Of a stretch of DNA of 64,000 nt, positions 27,271-39,700 are shown in pieces. The notes below the pieces were generated by a model. That model did no database searches. It was given only the letters and a program-made list of their open reading frames with translations, and was not told where the DNA came from. The DNA comes from Vermamoeba vermiformis (taxonomy: Eukaryota). Location of the stretch: NCBI GenBank assembly GCA_045837725.1, contig JBEWZL010000219.1, positions 1-64,000 on the forward strand, read 5' to 3'. The translations under genes and the position numbers were made by a program. The stretch's first letter is position 1. Every line of letters starts with the position of its first letter.

Positions 27271-29359
27271 ATGCAGGTACGATCCGAAAAGAGAATCTAA
27301 TTCAATACCACAAACTTTCTTAATTAACATTATAACAAAAATTGATAATAATATTGTCGCATAAATAATACTGATAATTATACCATTTAACGATTTTTAA
27401 TTGAAATTAAAAAAAATAATTAACGGCTAAATTTTCAGCTCGCCAAAACCTTCCCAGACATCATCAATTATCTTCAAAAAAAGCAACCCTTTCAAATAGT
27501 CGTACTACCAAAATTAGCCATTCAAAGTCTGACCCGATTTTCGGATCTCAGCCTGTTGATAGATGCGCTCGAAAATACGACCTGCTGTCACAGAATTAGA
27601 TGCAACGCACGACGTAGTAGCATTTCCTCGTATAGTGAAGAGTCTATTCAAAAATACTTCCATTACATTAGTAGATCTATCCAAAAACCAAACGTGCAAC
27701 GCAATCTCCGAATTATCTGAAGCATTGAAAGTCAATAAGACCATCAAAGAGCTGATCTTACGAGAATGTAATATTGATAGTGAAGGTCTACGTAGTCTCA
27801 GCAACGCACTCAAAGTCAATTCAACGTTAAAACGACTGGATCTGTACGGCAATATTTTGGCGGAAGAAGCAATCAGCGAGTTAGGCACAGCATTGCAAAT
27901 TAACACCTCAATTAGATCATTGTCAGTCACATTTATCGCAGTAGTACGTGAATCAGCCGGAAAAGGAGGCGACAAAGCCTATTTTACCGTACCAGGTCCA
28001 CAAAGCCTTATTAGCGACCTAAAACTCAACACGAGTTTGACACATCTGGATCTGTCGAACTCAAATCTGACCGATACCCAGTTATACGATCTCATGGCAC
28101 ATAACAAGCACATTGAAGAGTTAGATTTGAGTGGCTGTGTTGCGACTATTGACAATTGGAGCAGAATTTTGGACTTTATTGACACGAATGACACTTTGAC
28201 ATGTCTCAACTTGACATCTGCAAATTTGACGGCGGAACATTACCAAGTCATTCAAAATGGACTACAAAGCAATAAGACATTGAAGTCGTTGGTTACAGGC
28301 ATGAAGACCGTTCAACAAGGTGCCGAGAATGGATCGTTCATAACTAGCTCCTTGGCAAAGGCCCTGCAAACGAACCAATCATTGACTGAGCTAAAAATAG
28401 ATCAATTACTTGGCAGCGAGGAAGTGGCTAGTTTCATTAACGGATTACATTCCAATTCAACGCTGTTAAAGCTGTCATTGGCTGTCAGCACGATTACAAG
28501 ACCAGTTTTGGTTTCGTTCAGAGAATGGTTTGCAAATGGCGGAAACTTAGAAGAATTGGAACTTGAATCGAGTCATATTGAATCCACTGTCCATGCTAAT
28601 TTCGAGTTTAAGCAGTTTGTGGCACTTCCGTTCAAATCGCTAGGACTGCTCCGATGCGTGTCATTCGCACAACAAGAGTTTTTGGTGCAAGGACTGAAAG
28701 AGAACAAAAAATTGACTGGTCTATCAATACCGAGTAGTATTGATTTTTTTGGTAGTAGTCGCCAGGCTGTACTGCTCGCCGAATTTTTAAATTACTCAAC
28801 GACAATAAGAAAGATAGATATTAGCGGAATAGGCGTGCAAGAGACAGCGAAGATAATCGAATTATTAACGCCAGCATGTCCGTTGAAGCATATAATTATA
28901 GACGGTCGTAACAAGGTAGCGCCCATCCAACATTTTATGGAGCTGGATGAAGAAGAGCTTTTCAGCAGTTTGAAACACTACTTGAAGTTCAATAAGAAGA
29001 TTAGAGTCATTGAATTAAAGGAAATTCAAGCGAGTTCAAATTTTGCCAAGAAATTCTTGGAATGTTTAGGCGATAATTCGACGTTGGTGGATCTGATCAC
29101 TCCAGGCGACAGAGCGCAGCTATTATGCCCCGAATTACGAGAAAAATTACAAGACAATCTGTTACAAACATTTCAACGAGCAAGAGTCAATATTTACGTA
29201 CTCGCACGGAACAACGACGTCAGATCTGCTATTCCGTTCGAATTATGGCTTCAAATATTCGAATTTATTTCGCCAGAGTTTGTAAGAGTGGCAACTGCAA
29301 TATGGAACGACTGCTTTACTATCGAGAGACGCTACAGATGGCAAAAGAAAAAATATTAA
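27271..29359 (+). CDS. RNI-like LRR protein with C-terminal F-box-like motif, paralog of 17289-19370
   Basis: Same repeat pattern and shared N-terminal segment (LIDALENT / AFPRIVKSL vs LKDALIST / AFPKIATAL). Ends NIYVLARN..AIPFELWLQIFEFI. Exon from 27439; probable indel near 27580; start uncertain. Confidence 0.82.
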
Positions 29360-29891
29360 ATATTTCTGCTGAACGTTTATCTCACCACCATTATGCATTA
29401 TAAATACCAATGTTATATATATATAGTATATAATGTCTTACTATATTTTCAAAGCCATTTCTTTTGGTTACTCGACATTGCAATAAACTTTATTGCCAGT
29501 GGTGTAACGATCTCGAAGAAACGAGATCGTTGAAAGGAATTATCTATAAAAGGAAAAGCAAATAGTATCGGACAAAATAAACATTGTCTTCCCTCGCGTA
29601 CGAACAACAAGATCGAATTATTAGGCGAAGCGTACACTGTCCGATACCAAAACGTGCTCAGCAGGAGCACTAGCGTCCAAGGAGCCGAGGAAGCAAAAAA
29701 CCGTAAGTCTCCCCGGCGCGCCACCTAAAAAGGGGAAGCGGAAGCGGAGAAGAGAGAAAAAGAAGCGGAAACCCCCTACGAATCAACACAGATCGAATTT
29801 ATTAGGCGAAGCGTTACAAGTGGTTTAAGACTAATTTTTTTTTCGCCATTAATGCAGCGTTAATTAAGCAGCAAATAAGCATATATGACTC

Positions 29892-31957
29892 ATGTTTCGT
29901 TATACTGTTCGCAAGATCTTTCAAAAGAGAACCTTCAGCCGATCTGCACGGCGTTATCTTTCAGATCAAGCGCCAAGCGAAACGAAAACTAAATTAATTA
30001 TAAATAAGCCAGAAAAATATAAAAATGGATTAAAATACACTCTAGGAGGAATTCTAGTCGCTAATACAGGTAAAATTAATTTGAACTTGAAATATTTTGT
30101 TTCGCAATCACGTAAAATTAAACGACGACCGCTGGCATAATAAATTTTCTAATATTTTTTAGCATTATTTTGCGCCTGGCAAGTGGCCGAACGAAACATT
30201 GACAACCGGATGGAGATCTTTCTCGAAGATAATTTCAGCTTCTCATATTATAATTATTATGAAGGTAATGTCGTTAATATACCCTTGCGACTATGATCCT
30301 TTAATAAGCCGAGCCTACAAGGCAGCATTTTCAGCTTTTTAGATCCTCAATCAATTTTTTTTATGTCTCATTAATACTAATGGCCTGATTAGGACGCTAT
30401 TGGACACTACTGACATCAAGTATATCGCACTCGAGACCTCAACACTTTTGGCTAAATATGGGCTCGTTGTGTGTCATCGCACAACCTCTATTTCGACGCA
30501 TTGGCCCGACACGATTTCATCGCAGCGTATTTGTTAGGCTCAGTTGGATGCATTGCTGGTGATGGCAAGTAATTCATTTTCACTGAAAAAATATCTTTGC
30601 ACCGCAACGTAATTTTTTCACGGTTTGACACGTGTCATTCAAAATGTCACTTCTAAATGCGATTCATATCATAGTACTTGGTGATATATACTTCAATGGT
30701 CCTATTAAACTACCCGAAAAGCAACCGCCGCAAACACTAGTCAAAGAATATAACATGTCTCAAGCACATCCACAAACGATCGATTACGATGACTTTGATC
30801 TCACTAAACCCGATCAAACAGACGAAGACATTAGTAAATATCATTATGAGATTGATTATCAGTTAGAAGAAGAGTCAAATTCGCTGTTCCGCATGATTTC
30901 TCGAGGTGCGAGCGGATCCGTCTGTGCGCTAATGGCCCTGACAATGATAGTCGCTCCAAACGAGAAAATTCATTTCAGTAGGACATTATTCTTCGTTCAT
31001 GAAGCGCTGAAAAGAATTCAACCGAACGCTGGCTGGACATTCAAATGGGTCCGCGTGGATGCGAAATTTTTTGTGCCGTTTTTAATCGCAAGTAAGTATT
31101 GGATACTCATACTTTATCATAAATACTATTACTAATGGTATTTTCAGTGAATTTCGTTTCAATTTATGCCGCGAGGTCTTCTCTCGTGGATAAACGATTA
31201 CTGCCCCCGCAATTCAATCAAGAAAATATTTCGCAGTCGACTGTAACAATAAAATTACGTTTTTCAACATAGAACGACCACACTTATATCTTAAAGTTAT
31301 ATTTCTGTAACCCTGAATTGACGGGGGCTTTAAGCAGTGGTGTTTTCTGATCCGCAAAAATCGACTAATTCCATCCAACTCACGTTTTAAATCAAATTTT
31401 TTCTAATTAATATTTTATTTCCTTAGCAAATATATTGCCTTAAAAGGGAAAAAATCTTTGAATTAAATGAATAACACCTGAGACGGCCTGAGGCGGCTTG
31501 ACGCAAAAAACCTCGTGTGTAGGCATGAGATTTGGGGATGTCAGCTTGCTTCAGATTTATTCAATAATCACCTGCTAGGCTAACTGTTAGTAGCATGTAA
31601 CACGTTGTGGTGTAGCATGAGCACGAAAGTGCCTGAGGCAGCTTTGACGCAAAAAACCTCGTGTGTAGGCACTGAGAGTTTGGGGATAGTCAGTTTGCTT
31701 CAGATTTACTCAACAGACGATAGCCTGGGCTACTATTGAGCTTATTTATGAGAAATGGGAGCAGCCATGTCCAAATTCTGGTACGTCTACCGTGTAGACT
31801 TCCAGTTGGTTAAGGAATATTTCAGTTAGTAATACTGGCCACTTAGGTACGACCCTCTATTAGGCAGTATTGATTTAATTGGTACTTTTATTAATTACTC
31901 ATTGTAGGAGGATTTCTGACTGGTTTTATGATGTATTTGTTATCTCCGTTGAAATAA
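29892..31957 (+). CDS. Mitochondrial-type rhomboid protease (PARL/Pcp1-like)
   Basis: Arg-rich presequence MFRYTVRKIFQKRTFSRSARR. GRYWTLLTSSISH..HFWLNM. Catalytic GASG, and catalytic His in the spliced SNTGHL|GGFLTG. Exon structure between 31150 and 31780 is uncertain. Confidence 0.8.
31486..31713 (+). repeat. Imperfect ~80-bp direct repeat (31486-31564 and 31631-31713) inside the rhomboid gene
   Basis: Both copies read GCCTGAGGC..TTGACGCAAAAAACCTCGTGTGTAGGCA..TTTGGGGAT..TTGCTTCAGATTTA and differ mainly by single-base indels. Confidence 0.85.
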
Positions 31958-32199
31958 ATATGCCATATTCATAAACAATTCATTTTGGTTCTAAATAGCG
32001 CCGAACGACCAATAAACATGTTTGAAATTACCCGGCGAGACTGGCGAATTGCCCTTTTCGAAATTGCGAGACTTAAAATTGTGAATGTCAATTCTCGATT
32101 CAATTTTAATTCAATTTCACGAAGAAAAGCAACGCAACACGTAAACCTTAATAATGTCAGGCAGAATTTACGCCCTCGGATTTGATCCACCATTTTGTA

Positions 32200-32463
32200 A
32201 TGCCCCTTACTGTTGGACTCGTGGATGATCCCGTTACTGGCCTAAAATTTATTCATATCAAGAACAGCAATCAGATCCGACCTCAGTGCACTTGCAAGAA
32301 CCATAATGATGCAAGATTAAAGGGCAAGCGCTTCATTTACACAAAGACGGGCAAGGACTTCTCGTTCAATAGAGAGGACGGTGGAATTCTTTTTTGTTCC
32401 GCTAATGCACCGGGTGTGGCTGTTGAATATAAAGACTCGCCTGACTTTTACTTTGTAAAATAA
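32200..32463 (+). CDS. Small intronless protein (87 aa) of unknown function
   Basis: Clean ORF MPLTVGLVDDPVTG...DSPDFYFVK* in AT-rich flanks, with a CTCKNH motif. Confidence 0.6.
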   Translation: MPLTVGLVDDPVTGLKFIHIKNSNQIRPQCTCKNHNDARLKGKRFIYTKTGKDFSFNREDGGILFCSANAPGVAVEYKDSPDFYFVK

Positions 32464-32554
32464 AATCAACAGTTAAAATATTTTCATGAACGGATCGATC
32501 CGTTCTTTTTCGCTACCGACGTAGTGTAAATAAACTATACCAATATTTATAAAT

Positions 32555-33735
32555 CTATACAGTGTATCCCTTTCCTGCCAACAATTCAACAGATTTGTCC
32601 CACAATTTCATGGCGCTGGTCATGTCACCTCCGATCTTGGTCAGTTCAGCGACCTTAGTCGTTGACCAATATTGACCAGTAGTCAAGTCTGAATCAGGCA
32701 AAGTAGCCACCGCGATCGTAGGCTTAGTGGCTATAATAAAAGTTCGTTAGTACTTTCTTGTTGGCTGAAATTTTTGTCGCAAAGTACCTTGTTCGGGTGT
32801 CAAAAAGAACAGCTTGTACATCAAGCCAAGAAGTGGCTGCAACAGCTTTGGGGCCTCACGTGATAGTTCGCTTCGGACAGCACCCGGGTGCATGCAAGCC
32901 ACGGTGACACGTGTCGCTCCTAATTAGGAAAGTCGTTTAAAACTGGATGCCTTAGAGGATTAAAATTACTCACCTTGTTCTTCGAGCTTTTTTCTTAAAG
33001 CGAGTGAAAACCACAAGTTGCATAATTTGCTGCTACCATATAATTTCATAGCTGATAAATACCACATGCCCTTTTCTTGATCGACTTTCACCGGGATCTC
33101 GTCAACGTTTGACGGTCCAGCAACTTTTTAAATTGTTAAAATAACAGTATTACTATCGAAAAATATATTTACGTACATTTATAGGCATCGCTGCCGATAA
33201 TAATAATTCTAGCGACATGCTTGCTGTTTTTAAGTGCGGGAATCAACCGATCTGCGTTGAGTGTTAAATAATGTTTTTAATTTATGGCTAGTCTGATGGT
33301 CTTACTCGTCAATAAGAAGTGGCCCAAATGATTCACTTGGAACATCTTCTCAAAGCCGTCTTGAGTCTTTTCAAGTTTGGTCGTCACCTAAAAAATTAAT
33401 ATAAATTCTGAAAATTTAATAAATTCCCCAGTATCGGGTTGTAGTATTACCATGCCAGCGTTGTTGATCAATAGATCAAGATAATCGTATTTTTTGTAGA
33501 AGTTCTCAGCGAATCTGTTGACGGTCTCCAAATTGGCAAGGTCGACGTGCATATATTCGAGTCTTTCATCGCTTTCTTTACCACTAATAATTTTAGTAGC
33601 TTCCAAAGCCTTTTTCTCGTCTCTAACCGCGAGAATGACGTGGTAGTTGTGATCGCGCCAAAGAGATGTCGCTGTAGCCAAGCCAATGCCAGTAGTAGAA
33701 CCAGTAACGATAGCTAACCGAGGTTTTTGTTCCAT
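32555..33735 (-). CDS. Short-chain dehydrogenase/reductase (retinol dehydrogenase/WWOX-like)
   Basis: TGSTTGIG, DLLINNAG, DGFEKMFQVNHLGH, YGSSK, MHPG, KLWDKS. Confidence 0.92.
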
Positions 33736-33906
33736 TTGTGTTGATTTGTTGCGTAAAGTTAAATTAAATTACCCGGTCCGCAATTTTTGCTTTGTACAAA
33801 ACAGGAAAAAGTTTTATTACGATCGGATCGGATCGATTCAAAAAATATTTCAAAATAAAATCAGTATTGTTAATTTGGCATTTTATTTATTTCGAGAGTA
33901 GATCTG

Positions 33907-36397
33907 TTACTTATTTTGATGGTAATGATGCAATTTGTACAACAAAACTTTTCCGTGCACGTTTCCAACGGCGAGCATTGCACTGTTCGGCGAGAAATCA
34001 AATGCAGAGACGCGAGTCAAGGGCGTCTTTTCTTTAGGCCAGTTCTCGTACACAGTGCAGGTCGGTACGTGGACCAATCTGAAGGCATTTCTTTTCTCCA
34101 TAGAACTCAATGCTAGCAATTGAGCGTCGTGATTGAACTGCACTTGGTTGATCTCCGTCGTGAGATTCATGATAGCCTTAATTGGCTTAGGAGTCTTAGT
34201 TTGACCGAACAATGGATCCGCCATATCGTAAATGTTAACCACACCATTGTCAGATCTATAATAAAATCATATTAATATAACTCTGCCTCGTATAAATAAG
34301 CGATAAAGGTTTCAATTAAGAGAAATTTTGATTTAAGATCTCGGCCCGGATTCACTTACCCTGTAGCCATCAAAGCGTGTCCTTCGAGATTATGCGATAC
34401 AGTCAAGAGCGGTATTATAAATGCTACCTTCATCGACGAATCGACGAACACAACGACGAGTGCCAAGATCCCACTGGTAGATCTCTCCGTTGGTCTTGCC
34501 TAACAAATGTATACTTATTAATACCTATCATATTAATCGCATTCATGCACTTTATATGCTAATTTGTATGTAACTGATGAGTCTTACCTCCAGCAGAATA
34601 CATGTACTTCGAGTCCTTGGAGAATGCGATGGTGTTCACGAGGCCGTTCATCTTCATATTGAATGCCCACTGCTTCGTCTTGTTGCTCAATACTACGACA
34701 TTGCCGTCGTCTCCAAGTAGGCAGATGTATTGATTGTCCGGGGACACTTGACAACCACGCCACTTGCGCTCCATACGGCCTATCAAAAAAACAAAAATTA
34801 GGTTCATAAATAATTTAGTTATTTTTTTCTCATTAAGGACGGCTTCTATATAAAATGAATATATTTCGCTCAAAATACACAATTTGAATGGAATATAATT
34901 ATTATCGCGCGATGAGGTACTTACCAATGACTTGATCCACCTTTTCTACTTTTCCGCTCATCAATTCATACAAATAAAAGTGCTTATCAGTGCCAGTAGC
35001 AATAATTTCTTTGCCGTTCGGTGTAAACATGGCATGTGTCAGCGGCAGATCCGCGAAGAAGACTGTCTGAAGCTTTTCATTTTCTTTTCCGTCAATCTAT
35101 TCAAAATTATTAATATAAGGTCAACAATGATATACTAAGTATAATTGGCTTGGGCAGGGCGGCGAAGCTTGTTTAAAAAAAATTATAACTCACCTGGAAT
35201 AATCGTAGCTTTTTATCGAGACCAGCTGTTAATAACAATTGTCCATTTGGATGGAATTTAACTGATTGAATAACGGCCTATAAAAAGATATTAGAAAAAG
35301 CACCAAGTTGGACAGTGTAACGGCGCGATCCAGTGTTGGATCGTGCTTTTTGAGTAGTGGTACTTACGTTTGCTGGTTCTTGAATATTAGCGTCCTTAAG
35401 TCTACCAATAGCAATATTTTTCGGTTCTAACTTTCTTCGGTCTTTGTTGCCAACGAGGGACTGAGTCGATCGCAACATTTCAAGCGCAGGATCTTCGTCA
35501 ACGATTTGATACTGAGCCCATTTGAGATTAGCGTGCCTATTGATTTTGTTGAATTGTTCTCTTAATCTGTCGCTATATTCTTTGCCTGACACTTCTTTCT
35601 CGTCTCGCGCTGTTCTGAGCTTTCGCAATCTGCCAAAGAAAATTTAGATAATTCATTCTTCTATCCGTATTAATACCAATAATAATTAATTACGAAAATA
35701 TACAAAAAATAGAAAATTAAAACTGATATTTTGTTGTGGATTTGGCGATCTGGATCGCGATCTAATTACCTTTCTTTGTTTACAATATTAACAACAGCAT
35801 TCTCGTCGTCCTCGTCTTGCCAAGCAGGTTTAACTTCTATTTAAATAACAATTTAATGAGACTTTCGAAGATAAAGAAAGCGATCGTTTTTTCTTACTTG
35901 ACGGATCCAACTTCCTTCGCTTCTTTCTGTCCTCTTCGTCCTAATATTCGTAATAATTATATTAATTAACGTATACTGAGCCGATTAATTGTTATAAACT
36001 AAAATTATTATCGCGATCGAGTCGTTAATAAATTTTTTAAATTGTCTATTACCACCAAAAAATGTATATTAATCATATAACATACCTCTGAATCATCTTC
36101 TTCGTCAGGAATTTCATCCTCATCTAATAAGTCACCGTGATCGCCCAAATCAAGTTTCAGTTCATCCGCATCGCCAAAAGCATGCTTCAATTCTTTGCCT
36201 AATCTATTTACAACTGTTGTATCTCCAAAGAGCATATTTTCTAACTCTATTTCCTCTCTATCCTTGGGCTTGGGACCAGCTCCTGAATCCGCATCGCCAT
36301 CTGTATCACGCTTTCGCTTCTTAGCGCCATTGGTATTGGACCTAAGATAGGCCACGATATCACCACTGTCAGAATTTGAGTTCTCGTCTTGATCCAT
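33907..36397 (-). CDS. UTP18: U3 snoRNA-associated protein 18 (WD40)
   Basis: EIELENMLFG, PAWQDEDD, RLRKLR..SGKEYSDRLREQF, RLKDAN, AFRLVHVPTCTVYENWP, FSPNSAMLAVGN..GKVLLYKLHHY. Confidence 0.93.
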
Positions 36398-36775
36398 TGT
36401 AAACGCTAACTATGACAGGAGAGCACGAGAAAAATCAATTTACCATTTTTTGAATCAAAGCAGCACAGGCCTGGGAAGATTTATCTCGTTCGTGCATTCA
36501 ATTAACAACGAGATATCAACTAACAATCGCTGCAGTAGAGAAGCGGCATGATGATTATGTGACACGAGATGCACCCATCGGCAAGATGAAGTAGTAGCTC
36601 TGCTTTGCTTGGGGCAATTTTCGCTATTTAATTAGTTTGAATTTTAATCTTACACGAGGTATATCTACTTGCACGATTTATCTACCAAGATTACATTTTT
36701 GAATTATTAATTTTGGGGGTAGCTATTTGTTTTCTCGCTGTTATTTTCGTTTTTCTTTTGATATTGAGAGCCACA

Positions 36776-39700
36776 ATGTTGAGGATTAATTATGTTACTA
36801 TTAGTGGGTTCAAGGCAAGTATTGCGAGATCCAGGACCGTTGCGTTGCTGCGGATTGAATCCGCGGCCTTTCTTAATACTAACATGTCTTCTCACAGAGT
36901 TACGCCTCTAAACATCATATAGGACCATTTAGCCCTCGAGTTACATTGTTAGTAGGCTGCAACGGCAGCGGCAAGAGCAGCTTGCTCGAGGCAATTTCAT
37001 TCGTACTGGGATCGGACTCCGTTACACTGCGTTCAAACAGTAAGGAAAATTAGATCAATTTCATATAATTTAGCGCATATAAAGTCCTCTAACGAAATAC
37101 CTATGGCAGACCTCCGAAGCTTAATCGCTCGAGCCAAATCCGAAGACACTCCATGCTCGGTCGCTTTACATTGTTCTATCGTCCAGAATTCTGATGGTGA
37201 ATGCATCGAGACAGGGTATAGACTATACATAATATCGTATTAGCATCTATCTAGTTCGCCTAACCGAGTTTTCTTCAGCAACCTGGATGTGACTCGCACC
37301 ATTGACAAACGAGGCACAAGCAAGTATTACCTCCGATTGAACGATGAAGTCGAGAAGCCAATAAAATTCGACGAGCTACAGAGAATCATGCGAGAGTACG
37401 GCGTAGATATGTCATTGAGCGAGAGGTAAGTCGACTTGAGGTAACGTACTGGCGCTGGATCTAACTTTGAGCCAAAGGTTTATTATACGGCAGCATAATA
37501 CCGTGCAGTTGGCTCAAAAAACTGTCATTGAGATGTTGGAATACTTGGAGCTTCAAATGGGCACGAAGAAGATCCGCAACGAGATCGAGGCCAAAGTAAG
37601 TCGTTACAAATAAATGCTGGACTTATGGCTAATAATTATTTTAAGACTAAAGATTTGGAGGAGTCTTGCAAGGATATTGAGGCCTTCAAGCAGCAAGAGC
37701 AGCAAGTCAACAAGGAGATCGAGCGCTTGAAACCTTTTTTGGAACAACTTACAGAGTAAGTCTAGAGTAGTAAGCTAATTCATTCTGGAGTTAATTCATG
37801 GAATTAAATTAGGTACAATGCATTGCGAGATAAGATCGGGGCCAAGTCAAACAAGATTAACTTTCTGCATCTGAAGTCGATCGAGTTGGGGGAAAAAGAA
37901 CTGTTAGAACAGCTCAACGAATATAACAAAAGTTTAAAAGGCAACTCTAAGAAGAAGAAGGCTAAGGAAAAGGGAATTAACGAGTTGAGGGTACAGCTCA
38001 AAACTCTCCAAGAGTCCTTGAACAAGATGGACATCGAAGGTCAGAAATTCAAAGAGCAATTGTCAGCGCAGAATAAAAGACGAGCCACGCTCAAGGTAAT
38101 GTCGTCTATAGTATCATAGTATCATACTTACATAGTAACATTTAATTAGGCCAAGAAACAGAAGCTCGAGGCGGCACTAAGCAGGGACAGATTGGACGCC
38201 TCAAAGATCGAGCAAGAGATCGACGAGCTGAGTAGCGTGTTAAATGCGCATAACAAAGACGATAAGAGCGATTCTCAAGAGGCGAGGCTTCGAGAGCTCA
38301 AGTCTAAGAAGGTAGTTCAATCAATGGCACGTGCAATTTTCTGACGTAATTTTTAGAGCAAAATCGTGTCGAAATGCGAGATATCTGCTCAGGATGTGCT
38401 ACGTCAATACCAAGGCCTTCGAACACAACTCTTCGAGGCTCTGACGGCAGGAAACGATCTCAAAAATTGCCAGCGAGTGAAGGAGAACATGGAAGTCGAG
38501 CTACATGATGTACTAGAGAAGATGTCGAGATGCGAGCAGAAAAAAGAAGACATATCAAAGAAGCTCGAAGAACTCGACGGCAAGAGAATTGCGCTGAGGG
38601 CGCAAAAGGATGGACTCGAGAACGAGCTTCGAGGTGTCAGTAATGAGGTCGCTGAGAAGAAGCGCGCTATCAATGCCATGAAGAAAACAAACGACACTAG
38701 CAGAGAGCAGAAGGTGAGTTACATCTCCTTTGGTTTCGCCAAATACTAATCAGCTGGCAGTTAATGTCAGACTTGAAAACGTTGTCAGTTGGCGTTCTTG
38801 GCTTCGTCAAAGATCAACTGAAGATACTCGATGAAGACAAGTACTACGTGCCGATAATGAACATCTTATCTTCAGTGCGTAACCACGTCGTGGTGAGGTC
38901 TCGTGCTGATGCTAGGCACGTGATTCAGTACTACGAGAAGAATAAGATTGGGTAAGCCAACGCATCTGATTTGAGTATCAGAGACAAACTAAACTGTACA
39001 CAGCACTGTCACGTGTCAGATCCTCGAAGAACAGAAGATATTTTCAGTGAAGGAGGATGGGTCCAAATTATTGACCGCACTTAAGGTCGTGGACTTCAAC
39101 GAAGAGCTGCGGCCCTTGTTCTCGACTTTATTAAGGTAATATTGTATTTTCTGTTTTTACCATGCAGCATGCCTGACGCTTGCTCAGCTCCTGGTTCATT
39201 GTCGAGGACAAAACGCAAGCACTTCGAGCATCATTTGATTCTGCAACAAAGACTCGCAGAAATGTCGTCACGATGGAAGGACACTTGGTAAGTTACTACC
39301 AACGATAGGTACTTGGAAGCATACTCACCTTCATGGCGCTAGTTCAAAGCAGACGGTGAGATACTGCCTCAAAGAATTGGGTCGAACAAAAATGAACGCG
39401 ATGGCAGCACGATGTTGTCGAAGTTGCAAGACCAGTTGAAGAAATTTCAGTTGAAGGAAGAGAGCCTTAAGCACGAGCTGTTGAGCGTCACGAATCATCT
39501 TGGCGCTGTCAAGCAAGAAGTGCATTCCATTTCTGACGAGCTTAAGAACTCCACTGAGCAACAGAGCGCATTGAAGGACCGACGTGAACAGCTAGAGGAG
39601 GGCCTTCAAGAAACGAGCGCAAAGCTCGCTGACTACGAGCAGTTACGACGGGCTGAAGACCAGTTCAAAGAGTTATCTGGAAGTGCACCGTTGATCAAGG

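Noticed and set aside
29598-29820. Short direct repeat TACGAA..AGATCGAATT(T)ATTAGGCGAAGCGT
   Set aside because: The copies flank noisy purine-rich sequence and differ by indels; this is probably an assembly overlap artefact.
31486-31870. Fanzor/TnpB omegaRNA, ribozyme or CRISPR-like array
   Set aside because: There is no RuvC nuclease or transposase nearby and only two repeat copies. The downstream part is explained by rhomboid exons.
36545-36610. Box C/D snoRNA candidate (ATGATGA) between UTP18 and SMC
   Set aside because: There is no properly placed CTGA box D and no recognisable rRNA guide.
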